From IMG/VR virus record IMGVR_UViG_3300033121_002356, positions 1-64,000 of that record: 64,000 nt of DNA; one strand, given 5' to 3'. Below, piece by piece: positions 45,793 through 57,340 of the stretch; position 1 is the stretch's first letter, and every line of letters starts with the position of its first letter. The stretch is from a virus (Duplodnaviria; Caudoviricetes). The notes below the pieces were generated by a model. It searched no databases. It was given only the letters and a program-made list of their open reading frames with translations, and was not told the DNA's origin. A program made the translations under genes and the position numbers.

Positions 45793-48078
45793 TTACACTG
45801 AGTTTATATACCCCTGTAAGTCTGTCTGGGCATGTCCGTAAATGCTCCCAGATAAGGTAGATTCTACTCTTGTTATGCTCTTAATCATCGCCTGCATATC
45901 TAATAATCCGCCCTTGGGCGTTATTGAACCCCGAAGTGTAACTAAGTCTAAATCTACAGGGTAAACAGTAGCTTCTAGATTTTTTAACTTATCTGGACTA
46001 GTAGCAATTATTCTCGCATAAAGAGGTGAAAATCCTCCTCTTGGATATATAGTCCCGCTTAAATTTGAGCGAGCCCCGTAGGCTATAAAATCTATAAAAT
46101 ATCTCATAGCCTCATCGAAAGAGCTAAATCCAGAAATATCAAAAAATACCTTAACCTTTTCTTCCACAAAGTCCTGCATAAACCCATCAGGATTTATCTT
46201 AGGCACAAGTTTAGAAAGATGAACACCCCATGTATCCCCATTCACAAGGAACGTGTTAGAAGCCAAATCGCTCCTTACATATTCGTATCCTTGCGACGCG
46301 AATTTAATTTGTATATCTCTTAATATGCTTCCGCTTAATGAATCCTTTTTGTATGTCTGACTAGATATAGTATTTAAACTTTTTGGCAAAAGAAGTCGAG
46401 GAGTAATCCTTCCTCTTAAAAATACATTCCACTCAAATGGTTTAAATTCACCTGCTAAATCATTATACCCAGTTCCCGTACCAATTATAGCACCTTTCAA
46501 ATAAGAAATAGGGCTACTTATTGTAGCGGAAAGACCAACATAACTCCCCCTAGAAGAAATAGTTCCATATAGGTCGGATGTACCAGGGAAGGAGTAGCCG
46601 CCGACAATACTGCCATACAATAATGTATTGTATGGTTTTGGTTGAACAAACCCACTCAAATAGTCAGAGCCCTCAAAATTAGGGTGTATACGACCCTTCA
46701 ATGTACCAAATGCACTAGCCTTACTACACGCTTCTCTGGAGTAAATTACACCATAAAGATTCTTATGCATTAATGTATTGATAACTACAACATCATGGAA
46801 AGCCGAAACATCTGGTCTTATTCTAGCAGAAAGAACAGAGGAAGCACCAGAAGGGGCAATATATCCATCTAATGTTCTTGTATTTTCATTTGGTGTTATA
46901 ACCCCACTAAGTAAGCTTGAAAAAACTACATTAAAATTAGCAACTAAATCTGCTCTAGTATCAATACCTTTTGGATAGATAGAACCATAAAGAGACTTCC
47001 ATCTTTGAGGATAAATATACCCTTCTAAATCAGTTTGTCCAAAACCATCAATAGTAGCCAACAAATCTGAGCTAATTCTAGAGCCAACCCCCCTGATAAT
47101 TCCTATTAAATCTTTATACCTCCCATATGGATTAAACGCTCCGATTAAATCTTTTGTGGGGCCTAGTTCAATTAAGAGCCTATCAAAGGCTCTTCTAACT
47201 CTAGCTGGATAAATAATGCCATATAAGTCTTTCGGGCGATTTATGCCAATATACCCAAACAACTCTTTAGGCAGAATTGCTTCAAATTCCCCGATAAGGT
47301 CCGAATTAGTGTGGGCTATAGCACGTATAGTTGAAGCAAGATTTTTATAAGATTGTCCTAATCCTCTTATTCTAGCTCTAACAGAAGAGAATGCTTCAAA
47401 TGTTTTACCCTGTATTGACGCTCTCAGCATAGAGGTATATACAGAGTTTATAGTACCATACAAATCTGCTGGATAAAAACCAGATATACTAGCGGTTAAC
47501 TCTGCATGTTGGTATGCCCTAATATATGCAGACAAATCCCTGGAATTAACCCCTACGATACTTCCTAGTAAATCATAAAAGGCCCCCACAGAGGCAAAGG
47601 ACGCATCTAAATCCGACGAAGAAGGGTGTAATCCCCTTATATATCCTTTTAAATCAACAGGAGGTATGCCAAAAATAGAAGCTAATAGGTACTTATATTT
47701 CAAAGCCTTAATAGAAGCAAATAGGGGGACAGAAGGAATAGGAGAAATGTCTAGGCCAAGGTCTTTAATGGCGTATCCAAAAATATCTGCGTCCAAATCC
47801 TTAGGAACAAGGCCTTTAATTCTTCCGAGTAGCTCTACAGCCCCAATGCCATAAATATAGGCATCTAAATCTGCTGAACCCCTTATCATACCACGGATAA
47901 ATCCTCCTAAATCTCCATAAGTAGAAATAGGAGGATATAAAGGAACAAATGAAAGAAGAACCCTATCTCTTGCTTTTACAAAATCAGTAGAACTAGCTAA
48001 TAAAGCATCAATATGACCAAGTAAATCTTTAGTACCAGAAGAGCTGAGTACTTCAAAAAGTAGGTCCTTTCTTGACAT
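45793..48078 (-). CDS. DLxGxI-repeat protein, probable fibrous virion protein
   Basis: More than 40 short repeats of (D/x)Lx(G/A)x(I/F) with a period of about 12-16 aa. Confidence 0.7.
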   Translation of the reverse strand: MSRKDLLFEVLSSSGTKDLLGHIDALLASSTDFVKARDRVLLSFVPLYPPISTYGDLGGFIRGMIRGSADLDAYIYGIGAVELLGRIKGLVPKDLDADIFGYAIKDLGLDISPIPSVPLFASIKALKYKYLLASIFGIPPVDLKGYIRGLHPSSSDLDASFASVGAFYDLLGSIVGVNSRDLSAYIRAYQHAELTASISGFYPADLYGTINSVYTSMLRASIQGKTFEAFSSVRARIRGLGQSYKNLASTIRAIAHTNSDLIGEFEAILPKELFGYIGINRPKDLYGIIYPARVRRAFDRLLIELGPTKDLIGAFNPYGRYKDLIGIIRGVGSRISSDLLATIDGFGQTDLEGYIYPQRWKSLYGSIYPKGIDTRADLVANFNVVFSSLLSGVITPNENTRTLDGYIAPSGASSVLSARIRPDVSAFHDVVVINTLMHKNLYGVIYSREACSKASAFGTLKGRIHPNFEGSDYLSGFVQPKPYNTLLYGSIVGGYSFPGTSDLYGTISSRGSYVGLSATISSPISYLKGAIIGTGTGYNDLAGEFKPFEWNVFLRGRITPRLLLPKSLNTISSQTYKKDSLSGSILRDIQIKFASQGYEYVRSDLASNTFLVNGDTWGVHLSKLVPKINPDGFMQDFVEEKVKVFFDISGFSSFDEAMRYFIDFIAYGARSNLSGTIYPRGGFSPLYARIIATSPDKLKNLEATVYPVDLDLVTLRGSITPKGGLLDMQAMIKSITRVESTLSGSIYGHAQTDLQGYINSV

Positions 48079-49374
48079 TTATTCAAAATCCCACCACGTA
48101 TCTAAAGAGGCTCTTTTCATCGTATTAAAAATTCTCTGACCAGCAGGTGGCTCTGGTATGTCAGATTTAACAAAAATGGATTTAGTCTGATTAGGGTATA
48201 TACCAAACAATCTCAATGGTATCTCTAGTCCTAATTCAGATAGTGTCGGTAAATCACTTTCCACTGTATTATCCACAAATAATGCCCCACCATTTAAATT
48301 GGTTCCTGCTATTATTCCATCTTTAAAATCGGGGGAAAATTGAACCTTTAGTTGTACATATCTATAATTGGCGGAATCTATAGAGTAATTAGTAACTGGT
48401 GAAAAAATAAGGCTACCGGACGCCAAAGACCATAACAAGTCATCTTCATCTGCTAAAGCACCATTAGACCACATACCCGAAGGGGGAACATCGGATTGAC
48501 GAATTAAAATAGTTCGTTGTCCGTTAATCTCATTATCAACATCTATTTTAGATAATCCAGGCTCTTCGCAAACCCAGAATACTCTAGATGAAGAAAAGAC
48601 TGAACTAAGTCCTGTATCGATAACAGGTGTGGTATAATAAAACGGGCCTGTAACACCAGAAGGAATAACGGAATCAACAGAAACCATTGTATTCTCAAAT
48701 AAACCAGTTTCCCAAGCAAAATCTCTTGGTAGTTTTACTGCGTTTTCTCTTATCGCGTAGTAAGTACCACTCGCAGTCGTAGAGACTCTTAAGTAGTCAT
48801 CCTCCACCCTGCCTGTGTAGGAAATCAGAACATTAGCGTTTGCTATATCAGAGCCACTATTGTAGATGGGTATCTCAACAGCAGGAGAGACATCACCAAT
48901 AAAAGCTTCAGTTAAAATATATGACTCGGCCGTTCCAGTGGGTCCAAAATTTACAATGGAATCATCATTTATTACTCTCATTCCCTTCACACCAATATCT
49001 GTATCCCTATATAAGAGAGATATTTCTCCAGTCTCGTTTACAACTCCGCCATATGCGTCTAAAACATGGGCCCTAGAATTCAAATCATAGTTTATGGAAT
49101 TAAAAGTGGTTTCGTCTAAATAAGATAAAAGCCCACCGTCATATCCTATGTATGTAACAGCGTCTTCCGCCCCATTAGTAACAATAGACAATACTCTACC
49201 AGCTGTGACAGAAATAACATTATCTGACAAACCAGCAAGGGTGCCACTAGCTGTAACATAAATCTCCTTCTCTAATGTATTTACATTTAACCTCATTGCT
49301 CCATTAGTTGTACCAACAAAAAGAGTATCATACGACAGCAGAGATAGCGATATTCCTCTAAAGTAACTAGTCAT
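48079..49374 (-). CDS. putative virion structural protein
   Basis: Beta-rich, TASG motifs, YRYVQLK strand; C-terminus resembles those of neighbouring proteins. Confidence 0.55.
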   Translation of the reverse strand: MTSYFRGISLSLLSYDTLFVGTTNGAMRLNVNTLEKEIYVTASGTLAGLSDNVISVTAGRVLSIVTNGAEDAVTYIGYDGGLLSYLDETTFNSINYDLNSRAHVLDAYGGVVNETGEISLLYRDTDIGVKGMRVINDDSIVNFGPTGTAESYILTEAFIGDVSPAVEIPIYNSGSDIANANVLISYTGRVEDDYLRVSTTASGTYYAIRENAVKLPRDFAWETGLFENTMVSVDSVIPSGVTGPFYYTTPVIDTGLSSVFSSSRVFWVCEEPGLSKIDVDNEINGQRTILIRQSDVPPSGMWSNGALADEDDLLWSLASGSLIFSPVTNYSIDSANYRYVQLKVQFSPDFKDGIIAGTNLNGGALFVDNTVESDLPTLSELGLEIPLRLFGIYPNQTKSIFVKSDIPEPPAGQRIFNTMKRASLDTWWDFE

Positions 49375-51110
49375 TATACTTGTATCTCCACCCCAATTTT
49401 AAAAGTTCTATCTATATTTGTGTAACCTTCAGGTGTAACCGTTCTGGTTTTAAACACAGACGTAATTCCGGAAGCAGTTGGGCCATAATTAACATTACCA
49501 GGAGAAAACCCGTCCTCAGCAGCGCCACCACCATTTTCTATTGTGCATCCAAACCCACAATTTGATGTACGATAATTCAAGTTCCTAGCCAAACATAAAG
49601 AAGAGGCCAAATCATTACTCACACAATGAGATACCCAATTACTTCCGTCAATACTAATCTCTGTGCAACGACTTCCCTCAGACCCATCCGGCTCTATGGA
49701 TAGAACGATATCAGTAGCAGTTCCTACATTGTTTACAAATGAATAGGATGCTTGGTCCCCTGTTTTCCCATAATTATTAAGCGTATACGAACTAGAGTCT
49801 AACATAGAAATAGAAGAAGAATTAGCATATACCCCCAGCTCAGCAATAGTGCCCGCACTTAATGACACCCTTACATATCGGTAAGGCCCCCCAGAAACAT
49901 TACCATAATGGCTAAATAGGTCCACATCTTTAAAAGAAAACTTAGCATTTGAAATATTCTGATGACCAGTATAAAAAGTATCATTAGCAGCATCATAAGA
50001 TAAAACCTGTGAATCCGCCAAGAAATTAGGATTAGGGCTAAATCCTGTGTCATATATAACTGTTTTCCAACCTGAGAACTTTGTATGTGTAGGGTCATAG
50101 GCTGAAATCATAATAGGCTGATTAGCAGTTTGACATGTAGTAGTAGGAATAAAAATAAGCTCATGCTTTCTAGAGTAAACAGCAGTAGCATGTCTCATTT
50201 GATTAAAGTTACCGTTTGGGTTAGTTAAAGTCTCTAGAAAAGATAAAGAATTTTTAAAAGGGTCGTACTGATAGACGTTTCCGGATGAAATGCTCCCAAT
50301 AATAACCTTATCTAATTTCTCGTGGTAAACTACCCAAGAATACCCAGTAGAGGGAAGGGTTAAGGTAGTCCAAGAATTCTTATTCACATCATAAACAACA
50401 AAGCAATCCTTAGCAGCATTAGCTCCGTATTGGTAAAAATATATTCTATCTCTGACTGTGTCATAAGTAAATACGTTAGTTGCCCCATTATCGGAAATAG
50501 CATACGAAGCATAGGGCATTGGGGTCTTCGGCGTAATAACTTGTGTAGAAAGATTTACTTGATAGAAATTAGATGAGTTATTGCCGGCTTCAAAATAGGC
50601 CAAATTACTAGTTGGATGTGTTACTAATGCGCACGCGCCCCCGATAGATATAGGGAGTGTACTAAAATTAGACCACGAATTATTTGATGGGTTGTATATA
50701 TGAACTTTATTATTAGAAGAAGTCTGTTGACTAGCGCTATATCTAATCATATACATCTTTCCATCATAAGCCGAGAAACATTGTCCACCAGTAGTACTAG
50801 CCCAAGTAGGGCTAGCAGAATATGTGGTCATTTTATAGGAAGATGACATTGAAGAAACTGTCGTGTAGCTAACCCCATTATTTGATACCGAGAATGTAAG
50901 ACCAGTAGGAGCAGTGGAACTCAAACAACGTAATGATACTTTATCAAAGAAACAGCTTTTACCCAAATCTATATCAATAGTAGTAGCAGAAGAAATTGTT
51001 GCATAATTACTATAAATATTTCCGTTCAATACTTTAGCCAAATCACTCTCTGAAATACCAGAGCAAGTAATGGACGCATTCAGATTTTTTATTAAATTTA
51101 TGTTTGTCAT
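49374..51110 (-). CDS. putative tail/receptor-binding protein: discoidin-like + Kelch-like propeller + Cys-rich C-terminal domain
   Basis: IDIDLG...YRYVRV; Kelch-like YNPSNNSWS and YDVNKNSWT. Confidence 0.6.
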   Translation of the reverse strand: MTNINLIKNLNASITCSGISESDLAKVLNGNIYSNYATISSATTIDIDLGKSCFFDKVSLRCLSSTAPTGLTFSVSNNGVSYTTVSSMSSSYKMTTYSASPTWASTTGGQCFSAYDGKMYMIRYSASQQTSSNNKVHIYNPSNNSWSNFSTLPISIGGACALVTHPTSNLAYFEAGNNSSNFYQVNLSTQVITPKTPMPYASYAISDNGATNVFTYDTVRDRIYFYQYGANAAKDCFVVYDVNKNSWTTLTLPSTGYSWVVYHEKLDKVIIGSISSGNVYQYDPFKNSLSFLETLTNPNGNFNQMRHATAVYSRKHELIFIPTTTCQTANQPIMISAYDPTHTKFSGWKTVIYDTGFSPNPNFLADSQVLSYDAANDTFYTGHQNISNAKFSFKDVDLFSHYGNVSGGPYRYVRVSLSAGTIAELGVYANSSSISMLDSSSYTLNNYGKTGDQASYSFVNNVGTATDIVLSIEPDGSEGSRCTEISIDGSNWVSHCVSNDLASSLCLARNLNYRTSNCGFGCTIENGGGAAEDGFSPGNVNYGPTASGITSVFKTRTVTPEGYTNIDRTFKIGVEIQV

Positions 51111-51112
51111 AG

Positions 51113-52357
51113 TTAGATAACTGAAATAGAGGTTATATCATTATTGATAAGATATGGGTATAAGTCCTGGTTATAGTAACCATTTCTATTAAATAGATAA
51201 TTAGAAACGCCGGCACCGCTGCCTACCACATCCGTAAAATCAGATACATAACTAACTTCCCCGTTTAAAACATTATCTACTTCTAGTTTTGATGCCCAAT
51301 AAACGGAGCCCCTTTTCGAGGCAGCAACGGATATCGTTGGAAGTGTACCATCAGTAGAGTTTAATACAGCGCTCTTAGACATCAAAATAGAGCATCCTGA
51401 AATAGTAGCTACAGCCACAATATCTCCAAAATCAGTAGTAGCTCCTCTTATTTCATTAACCGAATTCGACAAAATTGAGCAGGGATAAACCGTATTTGTA
51501 CTTATTGTGTATGTAGTCGCGGTATTACGATTTGCAATAGTTTTATTTCCAGTATATCTGCCTGATGTAGTAAACTTTATTGATGTATCATTATAAAAAT
51601 CTAATAGAATTATAGAAGAATCCTGCATGGATATATAAATACATCCATTTAATGCAAAGCATCTATAGGGGGTACCTGTACCTAACATAGTACTTGCCCC
51701 TGTATTAAATCTCATCCATAACTCAAACTTATCTAAATCCAAAATATCTACGCTATTGCTCGTACAAACTATCAATGTATGCGGAGGAAAGTCTCTTCTT
51801 CTGCCCCTAACGTTCACCAACGGAGGCTCAATAAACCAACTCTTTGTACTGGGGGAAGACCAAGTTAAAGTAGAAGAATCATAGGAAAATACATCATTAA
51901 CAGGTGATGTATTTACATGCTTACTCCCATAGGTATCGGTTGTGGTTGAAGAAACACTCAAAGTTCTAGGAACAAAGTCTGCAAAATATATTGAAGGAGA
52001 TGTGTGGGAAAGTTTAACATATCGAATATAATCAGATATGGTAGCTATAATAGTAAAAGTATCAGGGTCAACAGATAAAGGAGCCTCAGTATAAACAAGG
52101 TCGTCTTGGCTTATTTCTATAACTACTCCATTAGAAATAGGAACAGTAGCGTAATAACTTACATTTTTAACAAAGTACCTACTGCCTAAATCTCCTTTTA
52201 ACTTTAAAACATCTGAGGCGCCCATTCCTACTACTAAAACAGTACTATTTGTATTATCATCAAGAATAGAATAAAGCTCATCTTTAGACAAAGCGAACGA
52301 AGAGCCTTCATCATTAAATAACTGATTAGAATCTTTAAGAATATTAACCTCAGACAT
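51113..52357 (-). CDS. putative virion protein (discoidin-like N-terminus + beta-propeller)
   Basis: GDLGSRY...IRYVKL; propeller-like blades AVATISGCSIL. Confidence 0.55.
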   Translation of the reverse strand: MSEVNILKDSNQLFNDEGSSFALSKDELYSILDDNTNSTVLVVGMGASDVLKLKGDLGSRYFVKNVSYYATVPISNGVVIEISQDDLVYTEAPLSVDPDTFTIIATISDYIRYVKLSHTSPSIYFADFVPRTLSVSSTTTDTYGSKHVNTSPVNDVFSYDSSTLTWSSPSTKSWFIEPPLVNVRGRRRDFPPHTLIVCTSNSVDILDLDKFELWMRFNTGASTMLGTGTPYRCFALNGCIYISMQDSSIILLDFYNDTSIKFTTSGRYTGNKTIANRNTATTYTISTNTVYPCSILSNSVNEIRGATTDFGDIVAVATISGCSILMSKSAVLNSTDGTLPTISVAASKRGSVYWASKLEVDNVLNGEVSYVSDFTDVVGSGAGVSNYLFNRNGYYNQDLYPYLINNDITSISVI

Positions 52358-55300
52358 TTATTTTAATTCCCACTTAAAGTCAACTCTTGACTTCCTAGAT
52401 AAGGTTTTAGGTATCTTTCTATCAGACGGTCTATTAAATTGCACTCCTAATTCTACAGTATCCCCAGGACCAACGTTCTTAATTCTCAATGGAAACACAC
52501 CAGCACCGTACTGATTAAACCCCCCTCCATTAATTGCAATAGAAAATAAGTCATTATTTTTTACTTGGTAATCAATATCTACAAAGCTTTCATTAAAATC
52601 AGTAAAATCAGATTTAAAATAATTAGATATCTTTAACGATTCAAAAGAAGCGCATGCGGAGTCTGACCGTATGATGAACATATCAGGGTCAACAGCTCCT
52701 CCTAAGATAATATTTAGATTAGAATCACATGCACTTTGCCAAGGAGTAAAAAGCTGTTTAACGAAAATACCATCTACATATAATCGCATCTCTAGTGTCA
52801 GAGTATCAATACTGTATTTCCAAGTTACCCCTATATGATGAGGGGTATACCAATCAAATTCTACACTATTTATAGTACGTATCTCATCAGAACCGGAATT
52901 ATTTGTATAAAATAAAAGACCACCAAAAGAAGTCTGCACCCCCACTGTAGCATAGAAATCTACACCAGTAACAATAGACAGAAGTGAATGCGTAAAAATC
53001 CTATCATCATAATAATACTTATAACTTTTTATTGTCTGAAACCCTACCTCAGGGACTTCCTCTAACGATTCAATATTTTCGAAATATCCCTCACTATCAT
53101 AATCTGGGTTAAACCAAAACTCTATACTACCCTTTGATAGTGTTAAATTCTCTATAGGAAAAAAACTAATAAATTCATCCCCATTTAGATAAACTCCTTT
53201 ATTAAATTTTACAATATCATCAAATTTATTCCTCTTTATAAGGGGGGAATCTAAATAAATATATGTAGGCGATGAGCTGCCCAACCCTTTAAGGGCTATC
53301 TGGAAAAATCCAATAGAAGTATAAAGCTCGGGCTTTTCTATTATTGACGCATTTTTAAATTGTAAAGAAAGAGGCACCCAGCTACTGTTTTCAAGTAAAG
53401 AAGGAGAAATACTCCATTCAAAATAATTTGAACTATCCGTACCCATCCTTACTATAAGATAATCTATATTCTCTTTATTTTCCAAAAAAATATTAAAATT
53501 TAAAAAATCTCTAAAAGACCAAAGAGGGTCTGCTTCCCAGGTTGCGTCTTCTTTGATTGTAAATAGTACTTCCTCTGTTTGGTTACTATTATAAGTAAGC
53601 CGCAAAGAAGAACCAGAATTATTATCGGAACTAATAACGTATGTATTTCTATCAGCAGCCCCTAAATCAGCCGAAGAAACATCCCACCATCTGTTAGAGT
53701 AAAAAGGGGACTCTTCCACAAAAGCGCTAACTTTATTCAGCCATCCACCCCTAGAGCCTTGAGAAAAATCCCAGCTAATCATAACCCATCTAGCCAATGA
53801 GTCTAAGTTACCAAATGAATTAAATATAACATTATCTATGTTATTAATTCTATTTCCACTGTTAGCGAATAAATCTGGGTCATTTTTCCAACTTCTAGCC
53901 GTATCCCTTGTAATCATCTCAGTAGTAGCAACAATGCTAGTGCTGTCGATTCTAAAAAATTGGCCTAAATCAAACGCTACATATCCATATGTTTTAGCAT
54001 TTACACCACCACTATATTGCGAAGCCGAAAAAGCGTTGATTATAAAAATATCCTCGTCACCGAACTGAGTAAATGTATTAAATCGTATATTTACTCCTTT
54101 AGTACCAACAGGATAGAAAGTATTTATATGCTCTATAACTACAGGGGTAGCTACATCATCTACATCCGGCACAGATGTAACAGTGAATGTAGGAGACAAC
54201 GTCTCTCCAGACTCCGGTAACGCACCATTAGTTATATCAATATGAACAGTGTACTCTGTATCATATGTTTGTGTATAAGTACCGCCACTCTCTACCTCCC
54301 CTTGGTAATTCGCTGGGGCATTATGATTAGATTCTACCGCTCCTACTGGAGCGTATATGTTAGCGGATAAAGAAGAGTCAGTTAGTGAAGTACCAAGAGA
54401 AGTCCATACCGTATTTCTAGGATAAAGAAAATTATAATTATAAGCTCCCCATGCTGGTTTGTTCTTCAATACATCGTACCTAATCTTTAATTCCTTATCT
54501 CCTGTAAATTTATATAAACCAGTAACCCCTCTTTTAGGATTAATTATATCAGCATGAGAAGATAAACTAGAATAAAATACCACATTATGAGTATCATACG
54601 TATCGTCTTGAAGTATATCTACTACTAGGTCTGCTGTAGAAGTTGAATCATTTTTTACAGTGATAGTTCTAGTCTCATCATAGGAAACAGAAATTTCTGT
54701 ACTCTCTGTTGTAGAATTTATGTACTCCTCATTTACTCTAGGAGTATGGTCATCTATTTTCTCAGACAGAAACTTAACGCTATATAAGTCAAAAATTAAC
54801 GGAGGTCGAATCTCAACCACAGCATAATTAATTGGTTTACCGATTGTCATAAAAGAAGTATTAATTTCCCTTCCTTCGACAGTATTATCTACAGAAAAAT
54901 CTATTTGCTCAAATACCAAATCATCGCCAGCAGTAAAAACAGAAAATATATCACTTCCAACTATATTAAACCCAGTAGAACTTACCAACTCTGGGCTAAA
55001 TAGCTCAATCTCAGTCATCTTAGTACTAAAATGTCTGTATACTTCAAGCACCACCCTTTTTGTTTTTACAGGCTGAACAACATAAAGCGCTTTGCGCTTA
55101 GACGCAATAGCGGTACTTAACCTAATAATTGTCTGTACGTCAGAAGACGTTTCATCATCTTCTGTAACTGCAATCAATGGGTTCATATAAAAAGCAGAAC
55201 CAGGACTAACAGGCCTATCGTCAAAAGTAATTGTTTTCAAATCAAAGGGAATTCTCTTTCCCCCATTCTCATAAAAAAGCCCATATTCCACCCAATTCAA

Positions 55301-57340
55301 TGGCTCTACGAAGTACAAAGCAATAGCGCCTATCTCTTTTTCAAAATCTGGGCTTATATCAATGATAATATCAAACTTATCCGTCGCAAAAGAACCAGAT
55401 GAAGGATGGCCGGGGTCAACATAATCGGTATTTCCTATCTGGCCATCTCCATCTAAATAAAAATAGCTATCATCAGAGCCCCCGAACGAAGTACGAACCC
55501 CATCAGTCAATAATTCAATATTCTTAGCGAGAGTAGTTTTAGTATTACTTATTTGTTCTAGCCCGCTATAGGTAGGAATATATCTCCAATACCCGTGAGA
55601 GCCCCCCTTTGTATCCACAGTAATATCTGTCATTGATGAAGATACATTAGCCCCCACCTTTACGATTTCACTTGGCTTATAATCAAAAACTACTTTATCT
55701 ATAGCAGTCTTTTGCCCAAAATCAAAGAATAATCTCGCTTTATCTCTTGTACCATTGCTTCTAACATATACGGGCAAGGACTTCATTCCATTGCCGTAGA
55801 AAATAACGTCATCATTAATATTTAAATCATATGTAACATCATCTAAAACTTTCATGTACGTTAATAGCGCCGGTTCACCGAATTGGGCATAACTATATAC
55901 TATAACATTAGACACCCCAATTAAATCTCCTGCTTGAACATCTAAAGAAAGTTCAACTTCAAAATCACGCAATACCTGATTAAAAGGCAACGGGGGAGCC
56001 TGCACTTTAGGATTATTGATAATTATATCGGGGGTTATTTCTATCTCCCCAATAAATTTTAACATGTTATCCCCGATTGGTCTAAATATTTTAAGCTTAC
56101 TCACAGGGGACTGTAACAAGGTTCCATAAAAATATCCTTTATCTATTTTTCCATTGTTTGTTATAGGCTTTAAATAGTCTATCAATGTTATGTTTTTCAT
56201 AACAAAAGGGTCTGTATAATAATTAAAGCTATATAAAGGGTTGCCCCCTTCTATAAGATATTGCTCTGGATTAAATGTCACACTGCTCTTTACGCTACTA
56301 TCTTTTAAAATTCTTAGAGATTCATTATTTAGTTCAAATATGCCTTCAAATAGATTATCATCAGTTACTCCCTCGTAAAAGGAATACAAAGGAGTTTGGT
56401 ACCTATCAAAAAATCCTAACTGTTCAAATAACTTTGAATACTTTATCTCTATAGAAGTATCGTCACCACGTATACCCCCTGATATCCTAATTTTATTATC
56501 ACTTTGCAATTCTACGGTAGCATTCATAAAACCAGGGGTTGCTACCATATTCAACTTTCTTTCCATATCTATAACAACGGCTAGAATAGAAGTGTCTATA
56601 CTTGTTTTATCTAAGTAAATAGTTCTAAACTCGGTACCATTAATGCTTATCTCAAAGCTATTATTATCATTAGATACGGCTAAGCGGGATGAATTTAAAG
56701 ATGACCCAATTATAGACGCAGCCCGACCAGCCCCAGTGCAAGGGCTCGGTACGTTAGTAAAAAAATCGTCTAAGGTACAAGCACACCCGGCCGTCTCTAC
56801 TGATACATCAATTATACGAATAAATTGAACATAAAACTCATCATTAGCAATCCCTTCTATAAAAGGAAATAAACGTAGTCTAGTTATTATGCCTTGCCAC
56901 GATTCAAGTACATTTGGGTCTAATCTATACAAATGCCAAGAACCGTCTGTAATTAAATCAAATTCAATATATTGTCCTAAGGAGTCAATAACTGCTGGGT
57001 CGTCATCATTATTATTTTGTTTGATAAATTGTAATTTAGCGGTTCTAGCATAACGACTCTTAACTCTAAGAACCAATTCAATATAATTAGTAGAAGGAAC
57101 TACCCCTACATTAGAAAAAGGCTGTTCAACGTAAGCAATCTGGGCGCCGTTTCTTCTGACCCCGTGCATGCTACCACCAAGAAAAGAAAGGTCAGCTACA
57201 TTAAACCCAAATTCCCACCCTTCATCATTGGCGTTATATCTCCAGTCATTATTATAGACAGTCCTACTAGGAATATCGCATCTAATGGAATTAGAAATCT
57301 TATAGTCGATATCTCCGACTTCGTTATAATATTGAGTCAT
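52358..57340 (-). CDS. large virion/tail protein (1660 aa) with C-terminal LamG-like domain
   Basis: GSIEFWF, HHIGVTW, LYVDG and ESLKIS LamG pattern; FDLGQ discoidin-like segments. Confidence 0.65.
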   Translation of the reverse strand: MTQYYNEVGDIDYKISNSIRCDIPSRTVYNNDWRYNANDEGWEFGFNVADLSFLGGSMHGVRRNGAQIAYVEQPFSNVGVVPSTNYIELVLRVKSRYARTAKLQFIKQNNNDDDPAVIDSLGQYIEFDLITDGSWHLYRLDPNVLESWQGIITRLRLFPFIEGIANDEFYVQFIRIIDVSVETAGCACTLDDFFTNVPSPCTGAGRAASIIGSSLNSSRLAVSNDNNSFEISINGTEFRTIYLDKTSIDTSILAVVIDMERKLNMVATPGFMNATVELQSDNKIRISGGIRGDDTSIEIKYSKLFEQLGFFDRYQTPLYSFYEGVTDDNLFEGIFELNNESLRILKDSSVKSSVTFNPEQYLIEGGNPLYSFNYYTDPFVMKNITLIDYLKPITNNGKIDKGYFYGTLLQSPVSKLKIFRPIGDNMLKFIGEIEITPDIIINNPKVQAPPLPFNQVLRDFEVELSLDVQAGDLIGVSNVIVYSYAQFGEPALLTYMKVLDDVTYDLNINDDVIFYGNGMKSLPVYVRSNGTRDKARLFFDFGQKTAIDKVVFDYKPSEIVKVGANVSSSMTDITVDTKGGSHGYWRYIPTYSGLEQISNTKTTLAKNIELLTDGVRTSFGGSDDSYFYLDGDGQIGNTDYVDPGHPSSGSFATDKFDIIIDISPDFEKEIGAIALYFVEPLNWVEYGLFYENGGKRIPFDLKTITFDDRPVSPGSAFYMNPLIAVTEDDETSSDVQTIIRLSTAIASKRKALYVVQPVKTKRVVLEVYRHFSTKMTEIELFSPELVSSTGFNIVGSDIFSVFTAGDDLVFEQIDFSVDNTVEGREINTSFMTIGKPINYAVVEIRPPLIFDLYSVKFLSEKIDDHTPRVNEEYINSTTESTEISVSYDETRTITVKNDSTSTADLVVDILQDDTYDTHNVVFYSSLSSHADIINPKRGVTGLYKFTGDKELKIRYDVLKNKPAWGAYNYNFLYPRNTVWTSLGTSLTDSSLSANIYAPVGAVESNHNAPANYQGEVESGGTYTQTYDTEYTVHIDITNGALPESGETLSPTFTVTSVPDVDDVATPVVIEHINTFYPVGTKGVNIRFNTFTQFGDEDIFIINAFSASQYSGGVNAKTYGYVAFDLGQFFRIDSTSIVATTEMITRDTARSWKNDPDLFANSGNRINNIDNVIFNSFGNLDSLARWVMISWDFSQGSRGGWLNKVSAFVEESPFYSNRWWDVSSADLGAADRNTYVISSDNNSGSSLRLTYNSNQTEEVLFTIKEDATWEADPLWSFRDFLNFNIFLENKENIDYLIVRMGTDSSNYFEWSISPSLLENSSWVPLSLQFKNASIIEKPELYTSIGFFQIALKGLGSSSPTYIYLDSPLIKRNKFDDIVKFNKGVYLNGDEFISFFPIENLTLSKGSIEFWFNPDYDSEGYFENIESLEEVPEVGFQTIKSYKYYYDDRIFTHSLLSIVTGVDFYATVGVQTSFGGLLFYTNNSGSDEIRTINSVEFDWYTPHHIGVTWKYSIDTLTLEMRLYVDGIFVKQLFTPWQSACDSNLNIILGGAVDPDMFIIRSDSACASFESLKISNYFKSDFTDFNESFVDIDYQVKNNDLFSIAINGGGFNQYGAGVFPLRIKNVGPGDTVELGVQFNRPSDRKIPKTLSRKSRVDFKWELK

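Noticed and set aside
49871-50098. 75-aa hydrophobic minus-strand ORF as a nested holin or spanin
   Set aside because: It lies out of frame inside the 578-aa gene, with no lipobox and no lysis context; most likely a chance frame.
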